A DNA stretch of 63,330 nt, the filler included, from Cercozoa sp. M6MM (lineage: Eukaryota > Protista > Endomyxa: Ascetosporea), in NCBI GenBank assembly GCA_040357565.1. It is 9 parts of 9 records of this genome, joined end to end, with 100 filler letters (N's around TTAATTAATTAA, not from the genome) between each part and the next. Parts side by side here need not be neighbours in the genome. Positions count along the whole stretch, not along the records: positions 1 to 6,931 come from JBDODJ010000679.1; positions 7,032 to 9,999 come from JBDODJ010001661.1; positions 10,100 to 15,841 come from JBDODJ010000857.1; 6 more parts are not named here. One strand, given 5' to 3'. Shown here in pieces: positions 1 through 14,537 of this stretch. Every line of letters begins with the position of its first letter. Within the stretch, counting starts at the first letter, position 1. The notes beneath the pieces were generated by a model. That model was not told where the DNA came from. It did no database searches and saw only the letters and a program-made list of their open reading frames with translations. The position numbers were made by a program, and so were the translations under genes.

Positions 1-512
1 GTACGGAGCGGCAAAGTTGTGCACAGGCGTCTCGATCACGACGACGTTGGCCGCCTGGAGTTCCGCCGAGAGTTCGCTCGACTTGGGAATGGCCGGCGCG
101 AAAGCACTGAATCATCGCACGCATGCATTGATTCATATCGATGCAAAAAAGTGAAAGTAAGCTACAAGCCCTTCTCGGCGTACTCCTGGCTGAGGTGCGG
201 CAGTGTGGCCTCGGCGACTGCAACGGTACAACACAATTCTCGGTGAACACACAAGATGGACAGTGTTGTGTACGGTCACGGACGACTGTGTTGATCTCGG
301 TGTTGTTCTCGGCGGCCTGCGCACTCAGCTTGGCAAAGAACGCGTTGCCGAGCTTGCGCGACACCGAACCGTGCGCCTTTGGACAAACACGCAGAGTGCC
401 GAGGGTGCAAATAACAGCCACACCACCGCGCATGCTGACACGGAGAGGAGAGGTCGGGTACCACATCGCGCGGCGAGGCGCGGACGTGCAGGATGTTGAT
501 GATCTTGGACAT
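1..512 (-). CDS. azoR: FMN-dependent NADH-azoreductase / quinone reductase (AzoR/AcpD, flavodoxin_2 fold), 5' part, 3 introns, runs off the window
   Basis: Spliced translation MSKIINILHVRASPRDV|AHGSVSRKLGNAFFAKL...TVVRD|LAEATLPHLSQEY...|...SSELSAELQAANVVVIETPVHNFAAP matches the AzoR motifs ILhi.aSpR..S.S..L, DL...lP.L and EL..aD.ivi.aPm.Nf..P. GT-AG introns keep the frame. Confidence 0.8.
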
Positions 513-775
513 GTTGAAGTGTCGTAAAGGTAGTGCAACAAGAGTGAAAGAAAACACAAAGTGTGCAGCGATGAATGGAAGGAACGGCTGTGGTGCGGAT
601 GCTTCGCTCCCATTGACTCGTTGATCGCGAGCAGACTTGTTCCAGCATGGCAGACTTGTAACTAACTTAAGTGGAGCTTTTAATCACTTTATTGGATTTA
701 GAACTGTAGTTAATGCTCCCCACGGAGGTTAAACAGGATGAGTTAGACCATTCTGGGACCTGATCGATCAATTTC

Positions 776-870
776 GATCATGATCGATAACCTTGATCAT
801 GATCGCTAATCTTGATCATGATCGCTAAATTAGATCACGATCGCTAAACTAGATCATGATCGCTGAACTT
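776..870. repeat. Five tandem 19-bp units, each with a palindromic GATCATGATC core
   Basis: gatcatgatcgataacctt / gatcatgatcgctaatctt / gatcatgatcgctaaatta / gatcacgatcgctaaacta / gatcatgatcgctgaactt. Confidence 0.95.
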
Positions 871-1059
871 CGAGACCGTTTTTTTCTCAGTGTGTTCACT
901 GTCGTCTCGGACCAGCGGCACCGTTTTTAGCTCGTTCTGGACCAACTGGGGCCCAGAAAATACCACATAATGGGTAATAGGTTACAGTATCCACGTCAAT
1001 CGCGACCGACGTCATTACTCGTGAAAGTCGCATCCGATCGACGGTAGCGTTGCTTTCAG

Positions 1060-1893
1060 TCACTGTATTGATTGCTGCTGAGCAAGAAAGTCGGCGTAGG
1101 TTTGTCGAGCGTGTTGAATACAGCGCAAGGCGGTTTGCTCGTTCGTGGCCCTGTCACCATCGTCAGCACTCATGCCGTGTTGTCGCAGGAACTCAGTCCA
1201 CGAAGGAGCAGTGTTGTTGTTGTTTCTGTCGCTGTCTCTTTTCTCGCGCAATCTCAGAGTAGATGCGAGCACCTCAGAGACAACTTCGGCAGGCGCACTG
1301 GTCAGCATCGAGGCGGGGTACACTCGCAAGCCGAAGCGAGGGTGACTAATCACGTGACAGTTCGACACCTGGTGCTGTTTCAGCTGACCCTGCTCGGCAC
1401 AGAACTTCCCTTTTTGAGTGGAGCACACACAATTGCAAAAGCTTTCCTACCGGGAACAGACGACAGAGTACGTCAGCTTCACTGAAGAGCGATGGACCTG
1501 CGCTCGGAGACAAAGCCGGAATTCCGCTGGGTGGGTCGAAGAAATCGCACCAGAATCCACGCTGCAGCAACGCTTGACACACCACTGATTGAAGCACGTA
1601 GAACTGTTCAGACACAGAAATCTCGACTCGCTACTAGCTCACAAAAATGCCCAGTCGCATTCAAACTGACATACCCGGAACAGAAGCAAGTCCTTCTGCT
1701 GCTGTGCCTCAGGCGTGAAATCCACAATGTCGCAGTCACACAGCTGAAAAGTGGACACGATCGTGACTTCCCCATTTTGCAGAGCCCTGAGCGCCGCACT
1801 GTCGGCCACGACGGTGCGCAGCTCGCGCAGAATGCCACGCTTCGCCACGCGCGCCAGCCAAACTTCAGCGCGGTCGTCTAGACTAACCTGCAT
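1060..1893 (-). CDS. MMADHC: Cobalamin trafficking protein CblD/MMADHC-like, 2 introns
   Basis: QKDLLLFR|FYVLQSVVCQALLQRGFWCDFFDPPSG...LFSEAD and CHVISHPRFGLRVYPASMLTSAP resemble MMADHC ([34 protein letters not shown]). Confidence 0.85.
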
Positions 1894-2054
1894 GTGCGCG
1901 TACGTGTTTGCTTTAAGTGCGTACGCTTCCAGCGATCGAAATCTCTAAAAACTTTCCTAGGGGCATCCAAAATCGATAAATTTTTGTCTTTGGCCGTCCC
2001 AATAATTTGTCTACGCTTTTAAATCCCGGAATCGGACCGCCGAACGAAGACGTG

Positions 2055-3798
2055 TCATCTGTGACGTTCCCCTATCTCAGCTTCCTCTGCCATGGGTGGC
2101 AGCACTGGCAAGTCTGAGCTCTTGGTGCGACTGAGTCTCCTCCTCACAAACGGCGGCGGGTGAACACGTTTCGTACTTGAGTTGGCGCGAGCTGCATGGC
2201 GATTAGATCTTGATCTCGGTACTCCCACGGTTCGACGCCGGAACTGTCCAAAACACTCCATCCTCACTTTGCGTTGATTGATTGTTTTAAAGAAACGCAA
2301 TCAATTTACCGTGAGACCTGGCACGAGAGGAGTAATCGGCGATTCATGCCCACTTTCAGACGGTGGCGAAACCGGTTTTTCGATGCTCAGCGATCCGGGA
2401 GCACTGAGACGACGAGGAGGCAGCCTAGATGGACCCGACGGGGGCATCGAAACTCTGTGGCCGGTTTCACTGGCCACTTGAAATTTGAACTGTCGCACAG
2501 CCTCGATGGTGTTGCTCGGAAACAACAGTCGCAGCTGTTTTTGCAGCGCATCTCGCAAGAACAGCGTGTCGCCACACCCTCCGAAGGACGGTTCCAGAAG
2601 ACACAATTGTAGGTGTATTTGACTAAAAGCAGAAAGTGACAAAACAGTTCTTTCATTGCGTGGTAAAGCTGAGTTTACCCGAAGAGAGATCTGTGAGTCA
2701 CTTCAATGCACCTTTCTCGTTCGCTGGAGAGATCGTCACTTCTCTGTTGCGGCGGAATGAAATTGACAAGGCATCTTCTGTGACCAGAGTCTTCGCTGTT
2801 TTCGGTGTTAAAGAGGATTTCAAAGTACGTCAGCCCAGGAAGGTTGAAAACCAAGTCGTGCAGGAACGCATCTGAGCGCCAAATCGCCTGCCAATTTGGA
2901 GGCAGTGGTTATAAACAAGCGAGTTGCGAGGTTACTATAGTTCTTACCGGAATCATTTGTGCCGAAAACAATTGAAACGGTTGCAAAGTTCCACGAGAGC
3001 CTTGCAGCAGCTCTGATTCAACCTGGGTCACCACCAGCTTTTCTTCTCTTTCGAAAAGCTCGCTACGATGTCAGTATTTTCACCAAAACCTACTCGATAT
3101 AAGGCGAAAGTACCTGGCAGCTGTAAATGTAGCCTGGTGGTGAATAGCTTTTCGAGAAGATACGTCCATTTTCAATGTGAGTTCTCGCTCGAAGATTGCG
3201 CAAAAGTGTGCAAGAATTGCTCGCAGCCGGAGTTGCGTCGAGTTCACGACAGGCTCAGCCTCAAAATAGCTCAGTGTCGTTCGCTTTCGAATGAGTGCGC
3301 AAATCGCCAGTGCGTTGCTTTCGAGAACACAATCATAACAACCGATGCGAAATCGAGTCACGGGTGTGTGTCGATACGAGTTGCCCTCGTTGACAGCTCG
3401 ATTGTTCTGCAAGAGAAGCAAAAACCTCGATAGCGCGGGCAAGCAGAGGAAGCGCGGAATATCACGATCGCCTGAGCTTGGGCAAGTTTTCGCACCTCCT
3501 GGGTTTAGAACGCTGCCTAAGGAATGATTCTGAAGCGTTCGTGTTACCAAAAGCTCACCCGATGACGAAAAAAGCAACAGAAGTGATCGTGCTGGCAAAA
3601 GTGGCATCGTTTTGACGGAGCGAGGTTAGTCGCTCGCTCACGCGCGATACGGCGCTTGCCTCGAATGGATCGAGCGCCCAACCGCCGTGAAACTGACCCG
3701 AAGAGGACTGACTTTCCGTTTTCGCTAGCGCTGGCGTGATTTTGTCGTATTTCCCGGGCGGAGAAACGCCTCATTATTTTAGACCGACCATTGAGCAT
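2055..3798 (-). CDS. Hypothetical multi-exon protein (boundaries approximate)
   Basis: Chain of minus-strand ORF fragments (3080-3607, 2301-2642, 2055-2300) separated by GT..AG gaps; no recognisable motif. Confidence 0.35.
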
Positions 3799-3829
3799 GA
3801 TTACGATGAGCGATTAGTCGCTTGCTCTG

Positions 3830-4873
3830 ATGAGTGACGAGGGTATGTTCTTCTCTTATCCTAGATTTAGCTTTGTGGCCGCAATTTTTCAGGTGAGGAT
3901 TTTGAACTCGAGACACCGGCATTCGATCGAAGCGCAAGAACCAGCGACACCAGCGCTATCTTTACCCAGCGAAGTGACACCCGTGGTCCTCAACGTTTTC
4001 GCTCTGATGACACTGGTCAAACTGGCGCCGCTGTTGCCAGCAATGTACTCACCCCGCGACGACATTCGGAGGCAATCCTCGAGGCGACAACACTGCGGTC
4101 AGCGTACTCAGCTCCAGTTCGAAGAGACGCTCGGAGCTTTGGCGAGGAGAGGTCAGTGCTCGACCTGCCGGTTATCCCCGGCGTCAAGATGCCCAACATT
4201 GGAAGCACCGCAAGGTGTGTCAACCTCTGTGTTCATCGACATCATTTCTTTAACCTGGGGGGGGGGGTACTGTTGCTTTGTTTGTTTGATAGGGATCACC
4301 TTGCGAATGAGAGGACCTATCTGGCCTGGTTCAGATCGGCTTTTGCGGTCGTTGCTTTGGGCTTTGCAGTCGTCGCGCTCGGCGATGTCGGCACCCGTGA
4401 AGCCAACATTCTCGTTGGTACCAGCGACAGTAGAATATAATACACAATCGTCCTAGGTGTATTCAATTGTCCACGATCTGAATAAGAAATAACTGAATTG
4501 CTCAGGTGCGTTGCTCGTTGGTTCCGGGGGTTTCTTACTTGCAGTTGGCTGGTACCGGTTTAGGAAGGTAAATTACTTGGTGTATCTCTCACTTCTTGCG
4601 CTTGTAACTCTGTACTGGATAGATCCAAAACCTGCTACTGGCCGGCGAGTTCAGTGTCGAAGACAAGTCTTTCAGGTTTGTGTTGCTTGCTAAACAGAGC
4701 ACGTGCGTATTTGTTTGCACTGTGCAGGTTGATCACCTTCGTGACGTTCTTTGTTTTTCTTGGTAAGCGCTCTGCCGATAACTGTAACGATTTGGAGTTC
4801 CGTTATCTACCGTGCCGGTGTACTTACAGGCTTCTTTGTCGCGTTGTTGGTCACGGAGTTGAACAAAAAATGA
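3830..4873 (+). CDS. DUF202 (YidH-like) small membrane protein with a disordered N-terminus, multi-exon
   Basis: MSDEG|EDFELE...KMPNIGSTAR|DHLANERTYLAWFRSAFAVVALGFAVV contains the DUF202 signature RDHLANERTxLAWxR. Further hydrophobic exons follow, ending FFVALLVTELNKK*. Confidence 0.8.
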
Positions 4874-5095
4874 GTCTGTGTTGAGCAATCGTAAATTTAG
4901 GAGTTTGTTACAGTCCTGGTAAATTTTATATCGTTACAGTTTTACTGGCTAGCTCCCGACTACATCCGATTCTCAGTATATACAGGACTATATATACGTA
5001 AATTACATCAAACTTGGATTGCGAGTGAGACTCAACGTCTGTGCCAGTTGTCGTACCCTTGGTGTCGTGGCTCGTGGCTCAACTTCGCTCTCGCT

Positions 5096-5900
5096 TCAAG
5101 TTTCGTCGACTGTTTTAATGGAACTTGAAGACATTATCGGAAGTGAGTAGCTGCGACCTCCAACGGAGTGCGCCTTTCCAATTCTCAGCTTGTGCTGCAG
5201 CTGCTCCTCGAGCTTGCTTCGCTCGGACTGAGCGATGCGACCGATCTTTCTTCGACGCGCTTCGATCAGCTTGCGAAACCTAGAGATGTAGAAGAGCCAG
5301 TAAGTTTCAAAATTAGCAGCATCATAATTTAAACTGTGATACCTTCGCTGAATTCTCACAACGGATCTCATTTGAAGAAGCAACTCGGCGTTGCGCTCGG
5401 CGAGCTTGCTGTAGGTTTGTTTCATTTGTTGTTCGTATGTGCGACGCGCAATGCTCTGCACCAAACTTCGCTGTTTTCGGTGCAATTCGTGCATTTTGTT
5501 TCTTTGCAGTGGCATGGAAGAGCGCCTGAGTTTTCGTTCGTAATGCGACGGCATTTCAAGTCGACTTTTGTCGTTTGAACCGGACGTTCTCGACGATTCG
5601 CTCGAGGAAGATGCCTCCAGCCCCAATGAGTTTTCTTCGTTTTCGCCTGTCGGAGATGACTCATACAGCAACTCGTCTGTTCACCGTACCGGGATCACTG
5701 AAGCATCGCTGGTAGCCAAAGAAACAAACTCCGACTGATACCTGCCGCTTCCTCAAGTGTTGCTCTAATTTCTTCTTCATACTTTTTCGAGACCTCCGAA
5801 CCGCGACGCTGCATTTGGAGGTTGCAGCACTTACTGTACGGGCTCAGTCGCAAATGCACTACACTAGTTCCCTTGTACAGTAGACAAGCAGCGTTGCACA
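5096..5900 (-). CDS. Hypothetical protein with an IQ (calmodulin-binding) motif; 5' end uncertain
   Basis: Splicing gtatcac...tctctag gives SVVRIQRR|FRKLIEARRRK (IQxxxRxxxxRR), preceded by a coiled-coil-like segment. Confidence 0.5.
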
Positions 5901-6330
5901 GGTTTCAGAGATCTCCAATCACAGATCACACCTGACTGACCGTCAGTTGCAGGTTTTTGCAGATTTCAAAAGTGACCCGCTGGCATCCAAGATACATGGC
6001 ACTGGCGTTGCGTACAAAGGATCGTTCCTGTGCATTGCAGGTACAGGAACCGGGGTATCAATACCCGGATACAGAACCGGAGAACTGAATAATTAATGAC
6101 ATTGGCGCTATTCTTCCCCCCACCCCCCCCCCCCCGCTGTTTCGAGCCCGAGGTGAGCCTGACGTGAGTCGATGGCCCCAGAATACTCTTTTCGAAATTC
6201 CGGAGTCTTGCACTGCCTACGTGTGTCAACGTGGCAATTTCACAAAAGCTTGTGCTAAGTTGAAGTCGAGCGTTGCTGCTGGCGTTTTTCTTTTTTTGTC
6301 CTTGTGGCAGTCAGAGCGAGTCAAGCCAAG

Positions 6331-6868
6331 ATGTTCCGCGCGCGCAAGTTCAAGCGTGGCGTCACTGCTGAGGAGAGTCGACGTCGTCGCGAGGATGAGA
6401 TGGTCCAGGTGCTTTTTCAATAAACTCAAAAAAATCAAAAGCGTTTCCTTTTGTTTTTGTTTTCAGCAATTTCTGGATGCGCTTTCTGTGCGTTTGGGCA
6501 GCTTCGCAAGACGAAGCGCGAGGAGCAGCTGCAGAAGCGTCGTATGACGCAGCCTGACTCGGTAGAGCGTGCTGTCTGTGCGTGAAAGCTTGGTATGACA
6601 GTGAAAGCGTGCGTGTGTGTTTGGCAGGCTGGTGTGCGAGTGCCGTTGAGCGACGAGCACGGCGAGGGCACGGTGGAGATTTCGATGCAGGACGCCGTGC
6701 GCATCATTCCGCAGCTGGCGGCGATGTGTCACTCGGACGACCCGGAGAAGTGGGAGCAGGCGTCGCGCCACTTCCGTGAGATGCTCTCGGTGGAGCGCAT
6801 GCCGCCCATCGACGAGGTCATCAAATCTGGCGTCGTACCGCGACTCGTCGAGTTCCTCCGCATGTCCG
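6331..6868 (+). CDS. Importin alpha (karyopherin alpha), 5' part truncated by the contig end
   Basis: IBB domain MFRARKFKRGVTAEESRRRREDEMVQ|LRKTKREEQLQKRR, then the first ARM repeat FREMLSVERMPPIDEVIKSGVVPRLVEFL. Confidence 0.95.
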
Positions 6869-6931
6869 GTACACTTCCTGCTATTCCTTTACTCCTTTGC
6901 TTTCTCTTTATTCCCTCTTTATCCCTTTACC

Positions 6932-7031
6932 NNNNNNNNNNNNNNNNNNNNNNNNNNNNNNNNNNNNNNNNNNNNTTAATTAATTAANNNNNNNNNNNNN
7001 NNNNNNNNNNNNNNNNNNNNNNNNNNNNNNN
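6932..7031. other. Artificial contig linker N44-TTAATTAATTAA-N44 (also at 10000-10099, 15842-15941, 32599-32698, 36113-36212, 39169-39268, 44773-44872, 61795-61894)
   Basis: Eight identical 100-nt spacers with stops in all six frames. Most sit next to microsatellites or low-complexity runs where the assembly broke. Confidence 0.97.
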
Positions 7032-9923
<2,892 letters not shown>

Positions 9924-9932
9924 GTACCCTTG

Positions 9933-9999
<67 letters not shown>

Positions 10000-10129
10000 N
10001 NNNNNNNNNNNNNNNNNNNNNNNNNNNNNNNNNNNNNNNNNNNTTAATTAATTAANNNNNNNNNNNNNNNNNNNNNNNNNNNNNNNNNNNNNNNNNNNNA
10101 AAGGGTGGGGTAAGGGGGTAGGGGTGGAG

Positions 10130-12520
10130 TACCGCTCAAACACCGAGACAAGCTGTCGCAGGACCCAGTTGGCCTGCGACCCATCGCGGTGTGCGACCTC
10201 TTCGATCTCCATGGTCTGCAGCATGAGACGCCGCCGCGGGAACTCGCTCTTGCACCGCGTGAACACTATGCGCAGCTGCTGGCACCGGGTCTCCTGTCCA
10301 TACATATATATATAGAGGTATATATATATATATATTTTATAGATATATAGATATACATCTATAGATACAGGTATATACACATAGATACAGATGGATAGAT
10401 ATAGATATACAGATACATATAGATATATAGATGGTTTGGATACATCAAAATCTTTATATATATATGCATCTATATATCTATATCCATATCTATCTATATC
10501 CATATCTATCTATATCTATATCTATATATCTATATCTATCTATATATCTATATCTATATGTCTATAACTATATATCTATATCTATATCTATATCTATATA
10601 CCTATATCTATCTATCTATATCTATCTATCTATATCTATCTATCTATATCTATCTATCTATATCTATCTATATATCTATATCTATATCTATATATATCTA
10701 TCTCTATAGATCTATATACCTATATCTATATCTCTATATATCTATCTATCTCTAGACATATCTATATAGATGGATATATATATATCTATATCTATATCTA
10801 TATATCTCCATCCATTGTCTTTATCCCAAAATAACACACCACATTTATGAAATAAATGTCAATACAATCTGTACATACCCATATACACTCTAATATACAG
10901 GCCCTACAGGCAGGGTACCCATGTACTGCCGGCGCGTCGTGCCATGGCCTTGACGGCCAGATAGACCAGGAGTCGCACGGCGTCAAAGACATCGTCGCTG
11001 TCGCTGAGCACGCTGCTGCTTTGACCGACGGTACCACTTGCACTGACCGCACTGACACCGTCGGTATCATCGGCAGTGGCACCGTCGGTATCATCGGCGA
11101 CAGTGACACGTGTGCTGCGCACTGCGTCCAGTGCCTTCTCCAGTATCTGCACACACACATACACACACACATACACACACATACACAGACACTGGCACTA
11201 CCTGCGGTGCCAGGTCGGCAGCCTTGTCGCGCGACCACGCGCGTCGTGCCCGCAGTAACTGGTACATATGGACAGGTACATATGGACAGGCACATATGGA
11301 CAGGCACATATGGACAGGTACATACGGACAGGTACATATAGACAGGTACATATGGACAGGTATATTTGGACAGGTATATATGGACAGAGGGGCAGACAGT
11401 GGTGTACATCAAGGACACGTTCGGCCTGCAAGTAGAGCCAGCGAACGAAGCGTTTCTCGGCCTCCTGCAGTACCTGTTCGTACTGTTCTCGTTGTTGTTT
11501 TTCTTCTTCGTGTTGTTGTTGTTGTTGTTGTCTCGCCGCCTGTGCTATCACCTGCAGCTCTGTCTCTGAGAAGGCGCCTTCAACGGCACTCTCCTGCGGC
11601 GTCTCTTCCCTGCGGGGTCAGGGGGTACAAGGGGTACAGGGGGTACAGGGTTAAGGGGGTAAGGGAGGTTAAGGGGGCGGGTACTGCTCGGGGAAGTGAC
11701 GCAGCACGACGTCGCTCAGGAAGGACTCGAAACTGCGCTCAGTGAAAAAGTGCTGTCGCCAGCGACGCGAGTACAACTGCGCCGGCTTCGGCACCTTTAC
11801 GATCGCGATCTGTCGGCACATTTAAGGGTGTATTAAGGGCATGCTTAAGGGGGTGCATTAAGGGAATACTTAAGGGAGAAGGAAAGAGTCCTACAGTGCC
11901 AGCTTCGTTCTTGGCGGCCTCGAGCATGCGGAACTTGCGCGGCACCTGGTCCGGGTCCTCCTGGTTCCGGTTCAGCAGGTGCTTGAGGGCACCCACGCCT
12001 CCTGTGTGAACCTCTAGTCTCAGTCAGAAACAGGTAGACACACAAGCTGTACCAGTCGAGGCTGGAGTCTCCGACGTGTCGGACAGCGCGGCGTCCCAGT
12101 CACTGCCGCTGCCTTCGTCCTCACTCTGCACAACAGGGAGTCATCACATCGCATTCAGTCAACACCAGTCGTCACTTACAGCAGAACTGCTGAATCCGGA
12201 AGCAGTCGACGCGTCGCTTTCGTCGCCGTCCTTGTCGCTGTCACTGTCCTCCTGCAAACCACCAGACATTCATACTATATTTATATTTTGATTCATAATA
12301 TATATATATATATATATATAGATATATCGATATATCAAGTTACAGAGTCGGCCCAACGCGCGAGTTTTTGCGCACGCTCGACCACGCGGAGCATTCGCGG
12401 ACTCTCCTGCCACCAGAAAACAGTTCCTGGCTTGCTGCTGACAAGAAGTGACACAGTTCTCACCTTGCTCATAATTCGCGACTTGACTTTCTTCCAGCCG
12501 CGTTTCCCTGACTGCGGCAT
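10130..12520 (-). CDS. Hypothetical multi-exon protein, 3' truncated
   Basis: GC-rich exons ([12 protein letters not shown]..., [41 protein letters not shown]) separated by repeat-filled GT-AG introns. Confidence 0.5.
10300..10807. repeat. Intronic (TA)n/(TATC)n/(GATA)n low-complexity tract
   Basis: About 500 bp of TA/TATC variants; polarity switches from GATA-type to TATC-type near 10440. Confidence 0.95.
11261..11387. repeat. Intronic 14-bp minisatellite (GGTACATATGGACA), about 9 copies
   Basis: Directly visible tandem units with single substitutions. Confidence 0.95.
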
Positions 12521-13204
12521 ACGACACTTTGACTGAATGCTCTCAACAATACTTTAAACGAGAAGAACTACGGTTTCGCTTTCTTCGGCAGAGTCTCCTG
12601 CCAGACCGACCTCGTATACACGAACACACAACATACCCCACAGTGAAATCGAGCGGTACCAAGGAAATCGTCGTCCCAGTTCTCTGCTTCGGCCATGTCG
12701 GCCGTGTAGCCGACGATACTGACCGATGCTTGTTGCACTGCAGCAAAAGCGACCTTGAAACACCGCCAAAATTGCCCGAAAAGCAGACTTACTTGAATGT
12801 TGGTGCAAAAGCGAGCGCGACAACGTCTTGATGTCCTCGCTCATGTTGGCCGGGGCCCACACGCCTGCACAGCGCTACCACGTGTCCCAGAACACCGTCA
12901 CGCGTGCCAGTACGTCCACTAATGCACAGTTCAGCACTCAAAAAGACATCGAGTGCCCACAAAAATGCAGGGCCAGCCGATTTTCGTCTCGTAGGCACAG
13001 TGTAGACTCGCCTAGTCTACTAGATCGCCACTACTTTCGTTGTTGTCACTATTTTTACCGCACCGTACTGTACCATACCGGACGCGCTGGTCAGGATCAG
13101 ATCCCAGAGTTCGAAGTGGCCACCGATCAGCCATATAAGTACAGCACGGATATGATTGCACACTGTGACAATGTCAGCGTTTCTTGCTGAGAAACGATGG
13201 TTCA

Positions 13205-14342
13205 CTATCTGATGCGACGAAGAAGCTGCGCGAGTGCAGCAAAGAACGTTGCCGAGTGGAGCACCTCAAAGTGGCGCCCGGCTTTTGGGTCATCTTCCTC
13301 GTTGCCGGCAAAGTCCAGCAAGAGCACCTGCGTCTTATCGGGGTCTGCTGCGACGCTTGGGTGATTCCGCACAAAGCTCTGTATTTGAGCTTCATCGACA
13401 AGCTCGTCTTGCTTAGAGTGGATAAAGACACTGCAAAGCCACACACAACAGCATAACACAAATGAAGCAACGAAGGAAGGTTCGGTACATGTTGTCTGGT
13501 GCATCTTGCAACCACAGAGCAGGGGAAGCTCGCTTCCATGCCTCTACAGACAGACAGAATCACAAGCCCCACAAAAGATGGGATGCTGGACCTCGATCGG
13601 CAGTGAAAGCAGTGTTGAGAAACCACTCGGCATAGGTCGGGAAACTCTCATTCAGCAGCGGCACGTCCAAGATGCCTTCAACTGATACGTATGTCTGCAC
13701 TTGCAAGCTATTGCTTTCGTCACTCAAGCACATGCACGAGGCGGCGTGTCCGCCGGCCGAGTGACCCACAACGCTGACGCGCGTCGGGTCCAACACACCT
13801 GCAAACTGAACAGTTAGTGGCAGGATTTGACGGCTTGTTTACCAAGTTTTTGCACGAAGTCAATCGCGAACTGAACACCGAGACGACAGTCGTCGACGAA
13901 CGTCGGGTAACTCAGGCCTGTCTGCTCGCTCAGCGCGTAATTCAGCGAGACCAGCACGCACTTGAAGCCTGCCTCGCGCAGCTTGGGTGCCAAGTGCCAC
14001 AACTCACTACATAGAACTTGAGTGCAGCCCATATCAGAAAGTGAAAAACGCACGTTTTATCGCCACTGCGCCACGCGCCCCCGTGAATTGCGATGACACA
14101 AGGCAGCGTTTCACCCGGAGACACATCGTCGGGCACCAGCACGTCCAGCTTCTGTCAAGAGAAGAAATCACGAGTGTCAATAGCGTGCTACACAAGTCAC
14201 CTCGCACCCTAAACTCGCTGGAGTCGCTTTCATCGACAAGAGAAGTTGGACCGCTATTTTCCGGGTCATAGTCGACATCCGCCCGGACGATAAAACCATC
14301 GGGAGCGATCACCTTGCTGGCGTCGACAGGAAGTCGGCTCAT
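13205..14342 (-). CDS. Alpha/beta hydrolase, kynurenine formamidase (Bna7/AFMID)-like
   Basis: IHGGAWRSGDK oxyanion motif, LNYALS, VVGHSAGGH nucleophile elbow, EGILDVPLL, HSKQDELVD (Asp) and GRHFEV (His). Confidence 0.75.
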
Positions 14343-14537
14343 TTGCAGTCTCAGACACTTAAACAGCACCTAAACTACAATTGCACTGTCTTGAGCAGAA
14401 CAAGTGCAATGAGGACGAGCTATGACAAGTGAAAGAGCCCTTAATTTACATAGTTTGTCCAAGTGGACACGATCGCGGACGAAACACAATCGATTGGCCC
14501 AAGGTGCATCTAGTGGTGCCGTCGGTGAAAACAGCCA

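Noticed and set aside
776-870. CRISPR-like array
   Set aside because: Units are 19 bp with 9-bp similar spacers, there are no cas genes, and the context is eukaryotic.
6976-6987. TTAATTAATTAA repeated 8 times as a biological motif or piggyBac target site
   Set aside because: It is always centred in exactly 100 nt of N-padded spacer, so it is an assembly linker.
12543-13200. Possible additional small gene
   Set aside because: I could not establish a consistent spliced model or even the strand.
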